Source: an uncultured Bacillota bacterium (GTDB taxonomy: Bacteria > Bacillota_I > Bacilli_A > RF39 > UBA660). From it: a stretch of DNA of 64,000 nt. The stretch spans positions 5,336-69,335 of the forward strand of contig ONJI01000020.1 of the NCBI GenBank assembly GCA_900318075.1, read 5' to 3'. A program made the translations under genes and the position numbers. The notes below the pieces were generated by a model that worked only from the letters and a program-made list of their open reading frames with translations, had not been told where the DNA came from and did no database searches. This document shows positions 10,088-18,831 of the stretch, piece after piece; within the stretch, counting starts at the first letter, position 1; each line of letters opens with the position of its first letter.

Positions 10088-10688
10088 ATTCATATATTTC
10101 TCTAGCTTTATCCGTAATAATATTTTCATATTTTTTTATATTCTTTGGAGAATTAATTGTCCAATAAAAGGTTTCTTTAGTTGGAATTTTTCCTTTATAT
10201 TTAAAACTTATTGAGTTAAAGTTAAAATCATTTATAATGTAATCTTTATTTATGTGAGATCCAATTATGAGTCCGCATTTTATGTCTTTATATTTTTTAT
10301 GGAAAAATTTTATAAATTCATAGTTGAAACTACATAAATATATGTTTAATTTGTATTTGCATAAAACTTGATATAAGTATTTTGCTGTTTTTTTTATTTT
10401 TTTGCCTTCTTCTTTTACTTCTATTAAAATTATTTTATCACTATCTATTTTATCTAACACTTCTTCTAAAGTGTTTAAGCCTTTATTTTGAAGTTTTTTT
10501 GAACTGGTATTTCTTATAAAATATTCATGATAAAATGGGTCATGGTTAATTATAAATTTATTATCTTTAGTAAGCCTTACGTCAAATTCTACTCCATCTA
10601 TATATTGAGTATTTAAACAATTAATTATGGCATTAAGACTATTTTCTCTATGAATAGAATCATTTCCTCTATGTGCGATTATCTTCAT
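10065..10688 (-). CDS. Glycerophosphodiester phosphodiesterase family protein
   Basis: MKIIAHRGN...ENSLNAI...GVEFDVRLTKD...INHD. HRG, E/D and H motifs of the GDPD fold are present. Confidence 0.8.
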   Translation of the reverse strand: MKIIAHRGNDSIHRENSLNAIINCLNTQYIDGVEFDVRLTKDNKFIINHDPFYHEYFIRNTSSKKLQNKGLNTLEEVLDKIDSDKIILIEVKEEGKKIKKTAKYLYQVLCKYKLNIYLCSFNYEFIKFFHKKYKDIKCGLIIGSHINKDYIINDFNFNSISFKYKGKIPTKETFYWTINSPKNIKKYENIITDKAREIYEFMVEKKS

Positions 10689-10741
10689 GTTATCACCATA
10701 GCATTATATGAATATTATTTTCGAGTTCCTATAAAAAAAGC

Positions 10742-11449
10742 CTACTTATATGAAATGGGCTTTTCGTCTTTTTTTTCTAATAACGGTTTTATTTTACTAT
10801 AAACTTGAGTACTGATACTCTCTATACTCTTTGGATGATTATTATTTGCACATTCAATGATTTCAAAATCATATCTTTCAGCAAGTTCTAAATATGATTC
10901 CTCGGCCATTTTTAAGTGTCTTTCATTTTTTTCGTGGCCATCTGGTTCTTCTTTTCTATGCACTTTTAACTGTTTTGCGGCCTCATTTGGCATGTGAAGA
11001 AATATTGTTATGTCTGGTTTAGGAAGTCCCATTAGTTCAAATTCTAATTTCTCAAGAAAATTATACATAGCAAATCTTTCTTTTTTATCTTTTATTTTTC
11101 CGCCTTGATGAGCCATATTAGAATAAATGTATCTATCCAATATGACATTGTAGCCGTTTTTAAGTAAGAAAATTATTTTATCAATATTATATTTTCTATC
11201 AGCGGCATAATATAATGAAGCGACTTTTGGATCAACGTTAACTGCACCTTCTTCAAAGTAGCTATTTTCAAGGTACTCTTTTCCAAGATAAGGCCCGCCA
11301 ATTATTTTACCGGTTGGCGAGTTATAATTTGGGAAACTGAAATTTTGAACTTGATAGCCTTCTTTACGGAGTTTTTTTATAAGTAAATTTGTTTGGGTTT
11401 CTTTTCCGGAGCAGTCTGTTCCTTCGATAGCAATCAATTTGCCTTGCAT
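10742..11449 (-). CDS. tmk: Thymidylate (dTMP) kinase-like
   Basis: P-loop IAIEGTDCSGKETQ and LID region LDRYIYSNMAHQGG, which resembles Tmk DRY..S..AYQGG. At 235 aa it is longer than usual, with an insert and a C-terminal tail. A terminator hairpin lies at about 10700-10741. Confidence 0.6.
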   Translation of the reverse strand: MQGKLIAIEGTDCSGKETQTNLLIKKLRKEGYQVQNFSFPNYNSPTGKIIGGPYLGKEYLENSYFEEGAVNVDPKVASLYYAADRKYNIDKIIFLLKNGYNVILDRYIYSNMAHQGGKIKDKKERFAMYNFLEKLEFELMGLPKPDITIFLHMPNEAAKQLKVHRKEEPDGHEKNERHLKMAEESYLELAERYDFEIIECANNNHPKSIESISTQVYSKIKPLLEKKDEKPISYK

Positions 11450-11452
11450 AAC

Positions 11453-11923
11453 TTACCTCCTTTTATAAAGTACGTGCCTAAATAATATTCCGTCTTCGAC
11501 ATCTTCATCCAAGTATATCCTTTTAAATTCTCTTTTATCAAATTTAGGAAAAAAGCTATCGGCATTTTTATCCTCGGCTTCTATTAAAGTTAAAAATATT
11601 TTTTCTGTATATTCTAAAAATTCTTTGTAGACTTTCGCACCACCAATTACAAATGCATCTTTGTCTTTATAATCAGTGATTAGGGCTTTTACGTCATTGC
11701 AGGTCTTAACTCCTTCGATATCAATGTTTTTATTTGAAAGCACTATGTGATTCCTATGTTCAAGAAGTTTTGGTAATGATTCAAAAGTACGTCTACCCAT
11801 TATTATGTCATGGTCCCAGGTCATTTCTCTAAAGAATTCTAAATCCTTTTTTAACGGCCAAATTAGTTTATTGTTCTTACCTAATTCATTATTCTGGCCA
11901 ACTGCTGCGATAATATTAATCAT
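11453..11923 (-). CDS. folA: Dihydrofolate reductase
   Basis: 156 aa. IIAAVGQNNELGKNNKLIWPLKKDLEFF...IMGRRTFESL. Overlaps thyA by 4 nt (ATGA). Confidence 0.85.
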   Translation of the reverse strand: MINIIAAVGQNNELGKNNKLIWPLKKDLEFFREMTWDHDIIMGRRTFESLPKLLEHRNHIVLSNKNIDIEGVKTCNDVKALITDYKDKDAFVIGGAKVYKEFLEYTEKIFLTLIEAEDKNADSFFPKFDKREFKRIYLDEDVEDGILFRHVLYKRR

Positions 11924-12825
11924 TTTGCGATTGGAAATTTTATTGGTCCATGATGTCTATAATTTTTAACTTTAATATCTTTACATTCTCTAGAAAAATC
12001 ATACTCTCCGAAGTGTCTTTCAGGGTTTATCCATAAGGTTGGAGCTGGAATATCTTCTAAATTTTCTCTTTCTAACTGGTTTTTTATGCCTTCTACTTGA
12101 TTTTCGTAAATTTGTGCATCTTTGATAGACCAGTCTAATGTTCCTGGCTCTAAGTTTGCTTCTTTAGCAAATAAATAAAGTAAAGCCGCATACTGGGTTA
12201 CATTAAAAGGTAGACCCAGTGGAACATCACAGCTTCTCTGGTGAACCCAAGCGTTTAGTTTACCGTCTGTTACATCCCATTCGCTTGACCAAACACATGG
12301 CTTTAGTACTCCTGTTTCTAAATCAGCTTCCTGCCATAGACTTATAACATTTCTTCTATCAAATGGATTTTCTTTAATAAGCTTAATAGCTCTATTTGCA
12401 AGATTGTATTTTCTAACAACATAGCCATAAGCTGTTCCAATTGTATGGGCGTATTCTTTTCCAAAAAATTTTTTATCAAAGTCTAATATTTGATTACCGT
12501 TTCTATCGGTTTTATACTGCTCGGCATACCAATATCCATCTTCGGCAATTTCCCATTCATCCCATATATGAACATTTACATTTTGCAGATCTCTAACATC
12601 ATTTGATGCTTCTTGGTAAATCCATAGCATTTCTAAAAAAGCTTGTCTAGAAAAGGTTTGTTTTGTGGTTAAAATTGGAAATTCTTCTCCGACATCTAAG
12701 TGAAAATGATGCGATGGTACTTTGTATGTATCAATTCCAGTTCTATTTGGGCTTTTTACTCCTTCATTTAGTATTTTCTTGCATAGTTTTAAATATTCTT
12801 TGTCCCATTTTGACATATCTATCAC
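11920..12825 (-). CDS. thyA: Thymidylate synthase (ThyA, long form with insert)
   Basis: RTGIDTYKV..., FLEMLWIY, active-site region KPCVWSSEWD and HQRSCDVPLGLPFN. 301 aa. Confidence 0.85.
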   Translation of the reverse strand: MIDMSKWDKEYLKLCKKILNEGVKSPNRTGIDTYKVPSHHFHLDVGEEFPILTTKQTFSRQAFLEMLWIYQEASNDVRDLQNVNVHIWDEWEIAEDGYWYAEQYKTDRNGNQILDFDKKFFGKEYAHTIGTAYGYVVRKYNLANRAIKLIKENPFDRRNVISLWQEADLETGVLKPCVWSSEWDVTDGKLNAWVHQRSCDVPLGLPFNVTQYAALLYLFAKEANLEPGTLDWSIKDAQIYENQVEGIKNQLERENLEDIPAPTLWINPERHFGEYDFSRECKDIKVKNYRHHGPIKFPIAK

Positions 12826-13419
12826 CTAACTTTCTATATTGTTATCATTAAATGTAATATCTAAAAATTTACGGCTAGCTAAAAAATCACACATGTGGAC
12901 GAATTTCTGGTATTTATTTTTGGGAAGTGGAAGAATCACATCACTATATGGATTTGTATTCCAAGGACCCATATGACTAGATATAGCAGATGATATAAAT
13001 TCTATTTCGCTATCTTTTAGTGTTAGTAAATTTTTGTTTTCTTTTATGAAATTTGCCATTAAAATTGGATGATCAAATCTCGTATATTTTTCTTCTGTTT
13101 TTCCGTGTTTTAAACCATCATGCATAATTATAGAAATTATCATTAGGTCTTTTTCGTCACTAGTAAAAATATCACCAATAGAATTATCGGAAAGAATTTC
13201 ATAAGCTATTCTAACCGCCGCTTTTGTATGTCTAACTAGACCTCCATCTCCTAAAGCAAAGTTCGGATGATATTTGCCGGTTGAAGATGCGGCAACTTTG
13301 AAGAAATAGTCTGGAAGTAGATTAATTAATATTTTTGCATTTTCCTTATATCTATCGTTTTTTATATAAATTAATTCTCTTTTAAAGGTATCTTCTTTCA
13401 TATAACCACCTAACTGCAT
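12826..13419 (-). CDS. HD-domain phosphohydrolase. Its size and context suggest a YfbR-like 5'-deoxynucleotidase.
   Basis: 197 aa with H...HD metal-binding residues (KYHPNF..., IIMHDGLKHG). Directly abuts thyA with zero spacing. Confidence 0.55.
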   Translation of the reverse strand: MQLGGYMKEDTFKRELIYIKNDRYKENAKILINLLPDYFFKVAASSTGKYHPNFALGDGGLVRHTKAAVRIAYEILSDNSIGDIFTSDEKDLMIISIIMHDGLKHGKTEEKYTRFDHPILMANFIKENKNLLTLKDSEIEFISSAISSHMGPWNTNPYSDVILPLPKNKYQKFVHMCDFLASRKFLDITFNDNNIES

Positions 13420-13430
13420 TTTATCACAAA

Positions 13431-14513
13431 CTATTGTTCGTGTAAAGAAAAATCTATCAACTTAATTAGAATTTCATTTGAGGTATATAAGTATTTTGGA
13501 TTAATAAAAACATTTGTGTCTGTTTCTATTAATAATTTTTTTTCTTTTAAATCTTTAATTTCTTTTATATCTTCTATATTTATATTATATTTTTCTTTGA
13601 AAGAATCTTTTTCTATTCCTTTTGTCTTTCTAAAGCCTAGCATAAATTCATTTTGAATAGTTTCATCTAAATTCAAATTATGGATTTGACATTTATATTT
13701 TCCTTTAAGGTAATTTGTAAGACTTCGCGTATTTTCATATCTCCTCTCTTTTAGATATCCACTTGCGCCTAACCCAAAGCCATAATAGTTTTCGTTATTC
13801 CAATATACTAGGTTATGTTGTGACTCAAACCCTCTTTTAGCAAAATTGCTTATTTCATAATGAATATACCCACTATCTTCTAGGGTTTTAGTTATGTAGT
13901 CGTACATCTTTCTATCAGTATCCTCATCAAGCCTGAGATAATTATTTATAAATAGCTCGGTATTTGGTTCTAATATGAGACTGTAAGTAGATATGTGACT
14001 TGGATTTAAAGCAATTATATTTTCTAATTCTTTTTTTAACTCTTCTATATTTTGATCATTAAAGCCGTACATTAAATCGATATTTATGTTATTAAAATAA
14101 TTAAATGCATTTTTTAAGTTTTTAATGTTTAAGGTTCTGTTTAATGTTTTTAGTCTTTTTTGATTAAAAGTCTGAACTCCAATGCTTAATCTATTCGCGT
14201 ATTTTTTTAAAAGCTTTAATTTCTCGATATTTAAATCTTCGCTATTAGCTTCTACTGTAATTTCTGAATCTTTTTTTGTGTGGAAAATTTCTAATATGTT
14301 AAATAATTTTTCTAGGTGTTTTATATCTAGGGAACTCGGTGTGCCTCCGCCAATATATATGGTATCTATTTGTTCACCTTTATAGTTTTCTCTTATCTCT
14401 TTTTCTAAGGCATTTAAATAGTCAGTAATCCATCTATCATTTTTTATAACTTTAGGAAAATCACAGTATGAACATATTTTTGAGCAAAAAGGAATATGTA
14501 TATAGATACTCAT
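13431..14513 (-). CDS. hemW: Radical SAM heme chaperone HemW (HemN-like, oxygen-independent coproporphyrinogen oxidase family)
   Basis: IYIHIPFCSKICSYCDF (CxxxCxxC radical SAM motif), 360 aa. Conserved lepA-hemN neighbourhood. Confidence 0.85.
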   Translation of the reverse strand: MSIYIHIPFCSKICSYCDFPKVIKNDRWITDYLNALEKEIRENYKGEQIDTIYIGGGTPSSLDIKHLEKLFNILEIFHTKKDSEITVEANSEDLNIEKLKLLKKYANRLSIGVQTFNQKRLKTLNRTLNIKNLKNAFNYFNNINIDLMYGFNDQNIEELKKELENIIALNPSHISTYSLILEPNTELFINNYLRLDEDTDRKMYDYITKTLEDSGYIHYEISNFAKRGFESQHNLVYWNNENYYGFGLGASGYLKERRYENTRSLTNYLKGKYKCQIHNLNLDETIQNEFMLGFRKTKGIEKDSFKEKYNINIEDIKEIKDLKEKKLLIETDTNVFINPKYLYTSNEILIKLIDFSLHEQ

Positions 14514-14761
14514 CTTTTTTTCCTTTTTTTGTAATCGCTATATAGCTCACCAATTGTCTTACTATCAATTTCTTCTTCACTAACATTTGCTAAAACTACA
14601 GCATTTAAAAATCGCTTAGCTTTTTCAACTTTTAATATCATTTTGCCATTTCTTCTTACATATAATAAGTCTCGCGGATAAAGATTTCTAAACTTTATTT
14701 TCCCTTCAACATAGGCATTAGCTCTATTTATGCGTTCTTTTTTGATTTCTTCTGTTTCCAT
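14510..14761 (-). CDS. Hypothetical 83-aa basic protein, translationally coupled between lepA and hemW
   Basis: ORF starts 4 nt after the lepA stop and overlaps the hemW start by 4 nt (ATGA). Lys/Arg-rich C-terminus. I recognise no family. Confidence 0.4.
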   Translation of the reverse strand: METEEIKKERINRANAYVEGKIKFRNLYPRDLLYVRRNGKMILKVEKAKRFLNAVVLANVSEEEIDSKTIGELYSDYKKRKKR

Positions 14762-14764
14762 ACG

Positions 14765-16573
14765 TTACTCCTCATCCATACTTAAAACTGTCAGAAATGC
14801 TTCTTGTGGAACTTCAACATTACCGATCATTTTCATTCTTTTTTTACCTTCTTTTTGTTTCTCAAGCAGTTTTCGTTTTCTCGTTATATCTCCGCCATAA
14901 CATTTGGCTAGGACATTTTTCCTTAAAGCTTTTATATCAGCTCTTGATATTACTTTTGAACCGATTACAGCTTGAATCGGCACTTCAAATAGTTGCCTTG
15001 GGATTAGTTTTCTAAGAGCCTCAACGATGGCTTTTCCTCTTTTGTATGCGAAATCTTTATGAACAATTAAACTTAAGGCGTCTATAACATTACCGTTTAA
15101 TAATATATCCATCTTTACTAAATCACTTGGTTTGTAACCAATTAAGTCATAATCAAATGACGCATATCCTCTAGTCACACCTTTCAATTTGTCAAAAAAG
15201 TCATAGACTATTTCGGAAAGGGGAATTTCATAGTGGATATTTACTCTTTCTGTATTTATATATTCTATATTTATATATGTTCCTCTTTTATTTTGACATA
15301 ATTCCATGATTGGGCCAATATATTCGGCTGGGACATATATGTTTGTTTTTATATAAGGCTCTTCTATTAGTCTTATTTTTTGCCTATCTGGCATTTTAGA
15401 TGGGCTATCGATATTTATTATTTCACCATCAGTCTTTGTTACTTTATATATGACTGAGGGACTTGTAGCTATTAAATCGATGTTAAATTCTCTTTCGATT
15501 CGCTCTTCAATTATCTCCATATGTAGTAGGCCTAAAAAGCCACATCTAAAACCAAAGCCTAGAGCTTCTGACGTCTCAGGTGAAAACTCTAATGCGGCAT
15601 CATTTAATTTTAGTTTTTCTAGGGCTTCTCTTAGATCAGTGTATCTATTTGTCTCTACAGGATATAATCCGGCAAAGACCATCGGTTTCATTGGTTTATA
15701 ACCTGGCAATTTTTCAGTAGCGGAATTTTTTTCTAGAGTTATAGTATCTCCTACTTTTATATCACTAATGCTTTTTATACTTCCGCATATATATCCTACT
15801 TCACCGGCTACTAACTGCTGCTTTATTTTTTCTTTTGGGTTATTAATTCCAAGTTCGGTTACTTCATGAACAGCATTTGTGGCCATTAGTTTAATTTTAT
15901 CTTTAACATTAATTTTACCATCTACTATTCTAACTAGGGCAACAACACCTCTATAGGGGTCGAAGTAGCTATCAAATACTAAAGCTCTAAGTTTATCGTT
16001 TGGACTGCCCTTGGGAGCTGGAACTCTATCAATTATGGCTTCAATTAATTCCTTTATACCCTCACCTGTTTTTGCACTTGTAAGAAGTATTTCATCTTCA
16101 CTAAATCCTAATGTATCAATGAGTTCTTTTTTTACTCTAGGAATATCGGCATTTGGTAAATCTATCTTATTGATGACGGGGATAATAGTTAAATCGTTTT
16201 CCATAGCTAAATAGACATTGGCTAGTGTTTGAGCTTCAATTCCTTGGGCAGCATCAACAACTAGAACAGCTCCTTCACAGGCGGCCAAACTTCTAGATAC
16301 TTCGTAAGAAAAGTCGACATGTCCTGGTGTGTCTATAAGGTGCATTATATATTCATTATCTTTGTAATTGTACTTCAGCTGAACAGCGTTTAGTTTTATG
16401 GTTATGCCTCTTTCTCTTTCGAGATCCATACTATCTAATAGTTGGTCTTGTTTTTCTCTTTCGGTAATTGCTCCTGTGAGTTCTAAGATGCGGTCAGCAA
16501 TTGTGCTTTTTCCATGGTCAATATGGGCAATTATTGAAAAATTTCTGATGTTTTCCTGTTTCATGTTAATCAC
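14765..16573 (-). CDS. lepA: Elongation factor 4 (LepA)
   Basis: [19 protein letters not shown]-domain, 602 aa, with the conserved LepA C-terminal domain. Confidence 0.95.
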   Translation of the reverse strand: MINMKQENIRNFSIIAHIDHGKSTIADRILELTGAITEREKQDQLLDSMDLERERGITIKLNAVQLKYNYKDNEYIMHLIDTPGHVDFSYEVSRSLAACEGAVLVVDAAQGIEAQTLANVYLAMENDLTIIPVINKIDLPNADIPRVKKELIDTLGFSEDEILLTSAKTGEGIKELIEAIIDRVPAPKGSPNDKLRALVFDSYFDPYRGVVALVRIVDGKINVKDKIKLMATNAVHEVTELGINNPKEKIKQQLVAGEVGYICGSIKSISDIKVGDTITLEKNSATEKLPGYKPMKPMVFAGLYPVETNRYTDLREALEKLKLNDAALEFSPETSEALGFGFRCGFLGLLHMEIIEERIEREFNIDLIATSPSVIYKVTKTDGEIINIDSPSKMPDRQKIRLIEEPYIKTNIYVPAEYIGPIMELCQNKRGTYINIEYINTERVNIHYEIPLSEIVYDFFDKLKGVTRGYASFDYDLIGYKPSDLVKMDILLNGNVIDALSLIVHKDFAYKRGKAIVEALRKLIPRQLFEVPIQAVIGSKVISRADIKALRKNVLAKCYGGDITRKRKLLEKQKEGKKRMKMIGNVEVPQEAFLTVLSMDEE

Positions 16574-16585
16574 CTAATTTAATTA

Positions 16586-16616
16586 TAAAGAAAAAACGGT
16601 TATAATGCAATAACCG
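16586..16616 (-). terminator. Rho-independent terminator downstream of the pilin-like gene
   Basis: Minus-strand reading gives AACGGTTAT-TGCAT-ATAACCGTT followed by TTTTTTC. Confidence 0.6.
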
Positions 16617-17042
16617 TTATATTTTACACGTAAGCTTAGAATCACTACTTTGATTACATTTGAGTGATCCAAATTTCAAATTCTTTACAATAATTTTACC
16701 TTCAGTGGTTATTTCTATACTGCCATCAGTTGGGTTTTTCCCACTTATTGTTACTTTTATGGATTCTTTTGGTATATATTCTTTACCATCACTATATATT
16801 TTATATCCTTCTTTATTATATACAACTTTGAAAGGTAAATTTACTTCATCGGTTAAATTAATTGTTGTATATAATCCTTTTACCATTTCAATACTATTTA
16901 TGGTACTTGTTTGGGCTGATACCTGGAGTGACTTAGAGGCTAGTGAGGTCACTGACGGCAATAAGATTATTATAATTACAAAAAGCAAAATAATTACTAA
17001 CCCGTTTTCTACCATTTTAATTTCTTTAACATTATCGTCCAT
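16617..17042 (-). CDS. Pilin-like (minor pseudopilin-like) protein, paralogous to the adjacent prepilin
   Basis: Hydrophobic N-terminus but no canonical GFTLIE. The C-terminal region ISGKNPTDGSIEITTEGKIIVKNLKFGSLKCNQSSDSKLTC aligns with ISGTEPTEGTVAIDSQGNVTVSNLKINNYYCNGTDKITC of the 18337-18750 prepilin, including the Cys-Cys D-region. Confidence 0.45.
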   Translation of the reverse strand: MDDNVKEIKMVENGLVIILLFVIIIILLPSVTSLASKSLQVSAQTSTINSIEMVKGLYTTINLTDEVNLPFKVVYNKEGYKIYSDGKEYIPKESIKVTISGKNPTDGSIEITTEGKIIVKNLKFGSLKCNQSSDSKLTCKI

Positions 17043-17102
17043 ATTAATCAGCCTCTATCATAATAATAGCATAATGGATTATTTTATTCAAGAAAAAAGA
17101 TG

Positions 17103-17117
17103 ACCTTAGTCATCTAT
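17103..17117. repeat. 15-bp direct repeat ACCTTAGTCATCTAT (left copy), presumed target-site duplication
   Basis: Identical to 18318-18332. Abuts the left inverted repeat of the IS. Confidence 0.7.
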
Positions 17118-18317
17118 TATAAATGGAAATAATAAGTGTCCGCACATTTCATTACCTAAAATGTAAGATTATATACTTAATAATATATCATTTGAACTCC
17201 TATAGTCAAACATTGCTCTTGGATAATTATTTATCCAATCTTCAATTTTCTTTATAAAAGATACTTTAAGATTTTTCATATCTATTCCTTTTGGAATCCA
17301 TCTTCTTATCAATCTATTATTGTTTTCATTTGTTCCTCTTTCACCAGAACAGTATGGATGTGCATAATATACTGCTGTTCTTTTCTTTTTTCTTAAACAA
17401 GACTTTTCCAATCCCTTATACCCCATAAATTCAACCCCATTATCAAATGTTATTGTTTTAAATATTTTATAAAATTTCGAACCATTTTTTCTCTCTATCT
17501 TATCCAACGCTTTAGCTATAGTGGCGGTCTCTTTATTCGGCAATTTCATTATTATTTCTTGTCTTGTCATTCTCTCTGTTAATGTGAATAATACTGTTTT
17601 AGTTCCTTGTTTTCCTACTACCAAATCTCCTTCCCAATGTCCATATTCATTCCTCTTATTAGCTTCTTCTGGTCTATGTTCTATACTTTTTTCTGCTGGT
17701 ATTAATTTAGAAACTCTTTTTTGTTTATTTTTATTATTATATTGTTTCTTGTATATGATTTTCCCATGTTTTACTTTATTAAATATGATTCCTGATTTTA
17801 TTCCATTTCTTATCGTTCTTCCACTAATTTCAATTTCAAATCCATACTTTTTTAATTCACTTGATATCACCTCTGGTGACTTTTTTTCTTTTACTATTTG
17901 ATTTTCAATATGTTCTACTAATTTAATATCTCCATCTAGTTTTAATTCTGGCCCCTTATCAGTCATATTATATTCATATTTTTCTTGAGCTATTTGAGCA
18001 CTATATTCATATTTATCTTCCCATTCATATCCTCTTACTTTTACAAGTCCTCTATTTATTTCTCTTCTTATGGTTCGTTCACTCTTATGTAATAATTCGG
18101 CTATTTCCTTTTTACTCTTATGATCACCATTATACCAAGTTTCTATCATTGTTCTTTCTGAATAGGTTATATGTTTATATTTTTTCTTTTCTTTGCTATA
18201 ATTATAAAGACACATATGTTTTACCTCCAATATAAGTTTCGTCACTTACATTGTATCATAGGTAATTCTATGTGTCTTTTTTATTGTCCTTTCGGACACT
18301 TAATTTTTCAATTTATA
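17118..18317 (-). mobile_element. IS30-family insertion sequence, intact, about 1200 bp
   Basis: Left inverted repeat 17118-17142 TATAAATGGAAATAATAAGTGTCCG. Right inverted repeat 18293-18317, reverse complement TATAAATTGAAAAATTAAGTGTCCG (21 of 25 match). Single transposase ORF inside. Flanked by a 15-bp perfect direct repeat. Confidence 0.85.
17169..18245 (-). CDS. IS30-family DDE transposase
   Basis: N-terminal HTH (KYKHITYSERTMIETWY), then HWEGDLV, ITFDNGVEF and YYAHPYCSGERGTNENNNRLIRRW, the IS30 D-D-E signature. The true start is probably the internal Met at about 18213. Confidence 0.9.
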   Translation of the reverse strand: MTKLILEVKHMCLYNYSKEKKKYKHITYSERTMIETWYNGDHKSKKEIAELLHKSERTIRREINRGLVKVRGYEWEDKYEYSAQIAQEKYEYNMTDKGPELKLDGDIKLVEHIENQIVKEKKSPEVISSELKKYGFEIEISGRTIRNGIKSGIIFNKVKHGKIIYKKQYNNKNKQKRVSKLIPAEKSIEHRPEEANKRNEYGHWEGDLVVGKQGTKTVLFTLTERMTRQEIIMKLPNKETATIAKALDKIERKNGSKFYKIFKTITFDNGVEFMGYKGLEKSCLRKKKRTAVYYAHPYCSGERGTNENNNRLIRRWIPKGIDMKNLKVSFIKKIEDWINNYPRAMFDYRSSNDILLSI

Positions 18318-18332
18318 ACCTTAGTCATCTAT
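18318..18332. repeat. 15-bp direct repeat ACCTTAGTCATCTAT (right copy)
   Basis: Identical to 17103-17117. Abuts the right inverted repeat and lies 5 bp before the stop codon of the upstream prepilin gene. Confidence 0.7.
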
Positions 18333-18336
18333 CTTA

Positions 18337-18750
18337 TTATTCTCCTGATCCTGTTTTTGGTGTTGTAGAACATGTTATCTTATCAGTCCCATTACAGTAG
18401 TAATTATTTATTTTCAAATTACTTACTGTAACATTACCTTGACTATCAATAGCAACTGTACCCTCTGTAGGTTCAGTTCCGCTAATTCTGACAACTTTAG
18501 TACCTACATTTCTATTGCTTTCTGAAAAATCTATAAAAGCAGAATCTTGAGGGTTATCTGTTATTTGGCTCTCACTAATTGCTAGTTGAACTGATTTTAC
18601 TACTCCATAAGCACTATCTTCAGCTGCTTTCATTCTAGAGTCATTAACAACACCTAAGATAATTGGCGTAGCAATTAAGGCGATAATAGCTAGAATAACA
18701 ATTACAGCTAAAAGCTCAATTAAAGTAAATCCTTTTTGGTTTTGTTTCAT
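18337..18750 (-). CDS. Type IV prepilin / competence pseudopilin (ComGC/PilA-like)
   Basis: MKQNQKGFTLIELLAVIVILAIIAL is the class III signal peptide with G-1, F+1 and E+5. C-terminal disulfide loop CNGTDKITC. Own promoter (TTGATT-17-TATATT) and RBS GGAGGTG upstream at about 18760-18830. Confidence 0.8.
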   Translation of the reverse strand: MKQNQKGFTLIELLAVIVILAIIALIATPIILGVVNDSRMKAAEDSAYGVVKSVQLAISESQITDNPQDSAFIDFSESNRNVGTKVVRISGTEPTEGTVAIDSQGNVTVSNLKINNYYCNGTDKITCSTTPKTGSGE

Positions 18751-18831
18751 ATTATCACCTCCTCGCCCCTTACTTTAATTTAAATATATCACATTTTTTC
18801 CCATAAATCAATAGAAATGTAATTTTAAAAT

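Noticed and set aside
16660-17103. 147-aa plus-strand ORF overlapping the pilin-like gene
   Set aside because: Antisense shadow ORF of 16617-17042. The pilin-like frame has homology support to the neighbouring prepilin.
18171-18368. 65-aa plus-strand ORF spanning the IS right end
   Set aside because: Hydrophobic AT-rich artefact overlapping the transposase 5' end and inverted repeat. No support.
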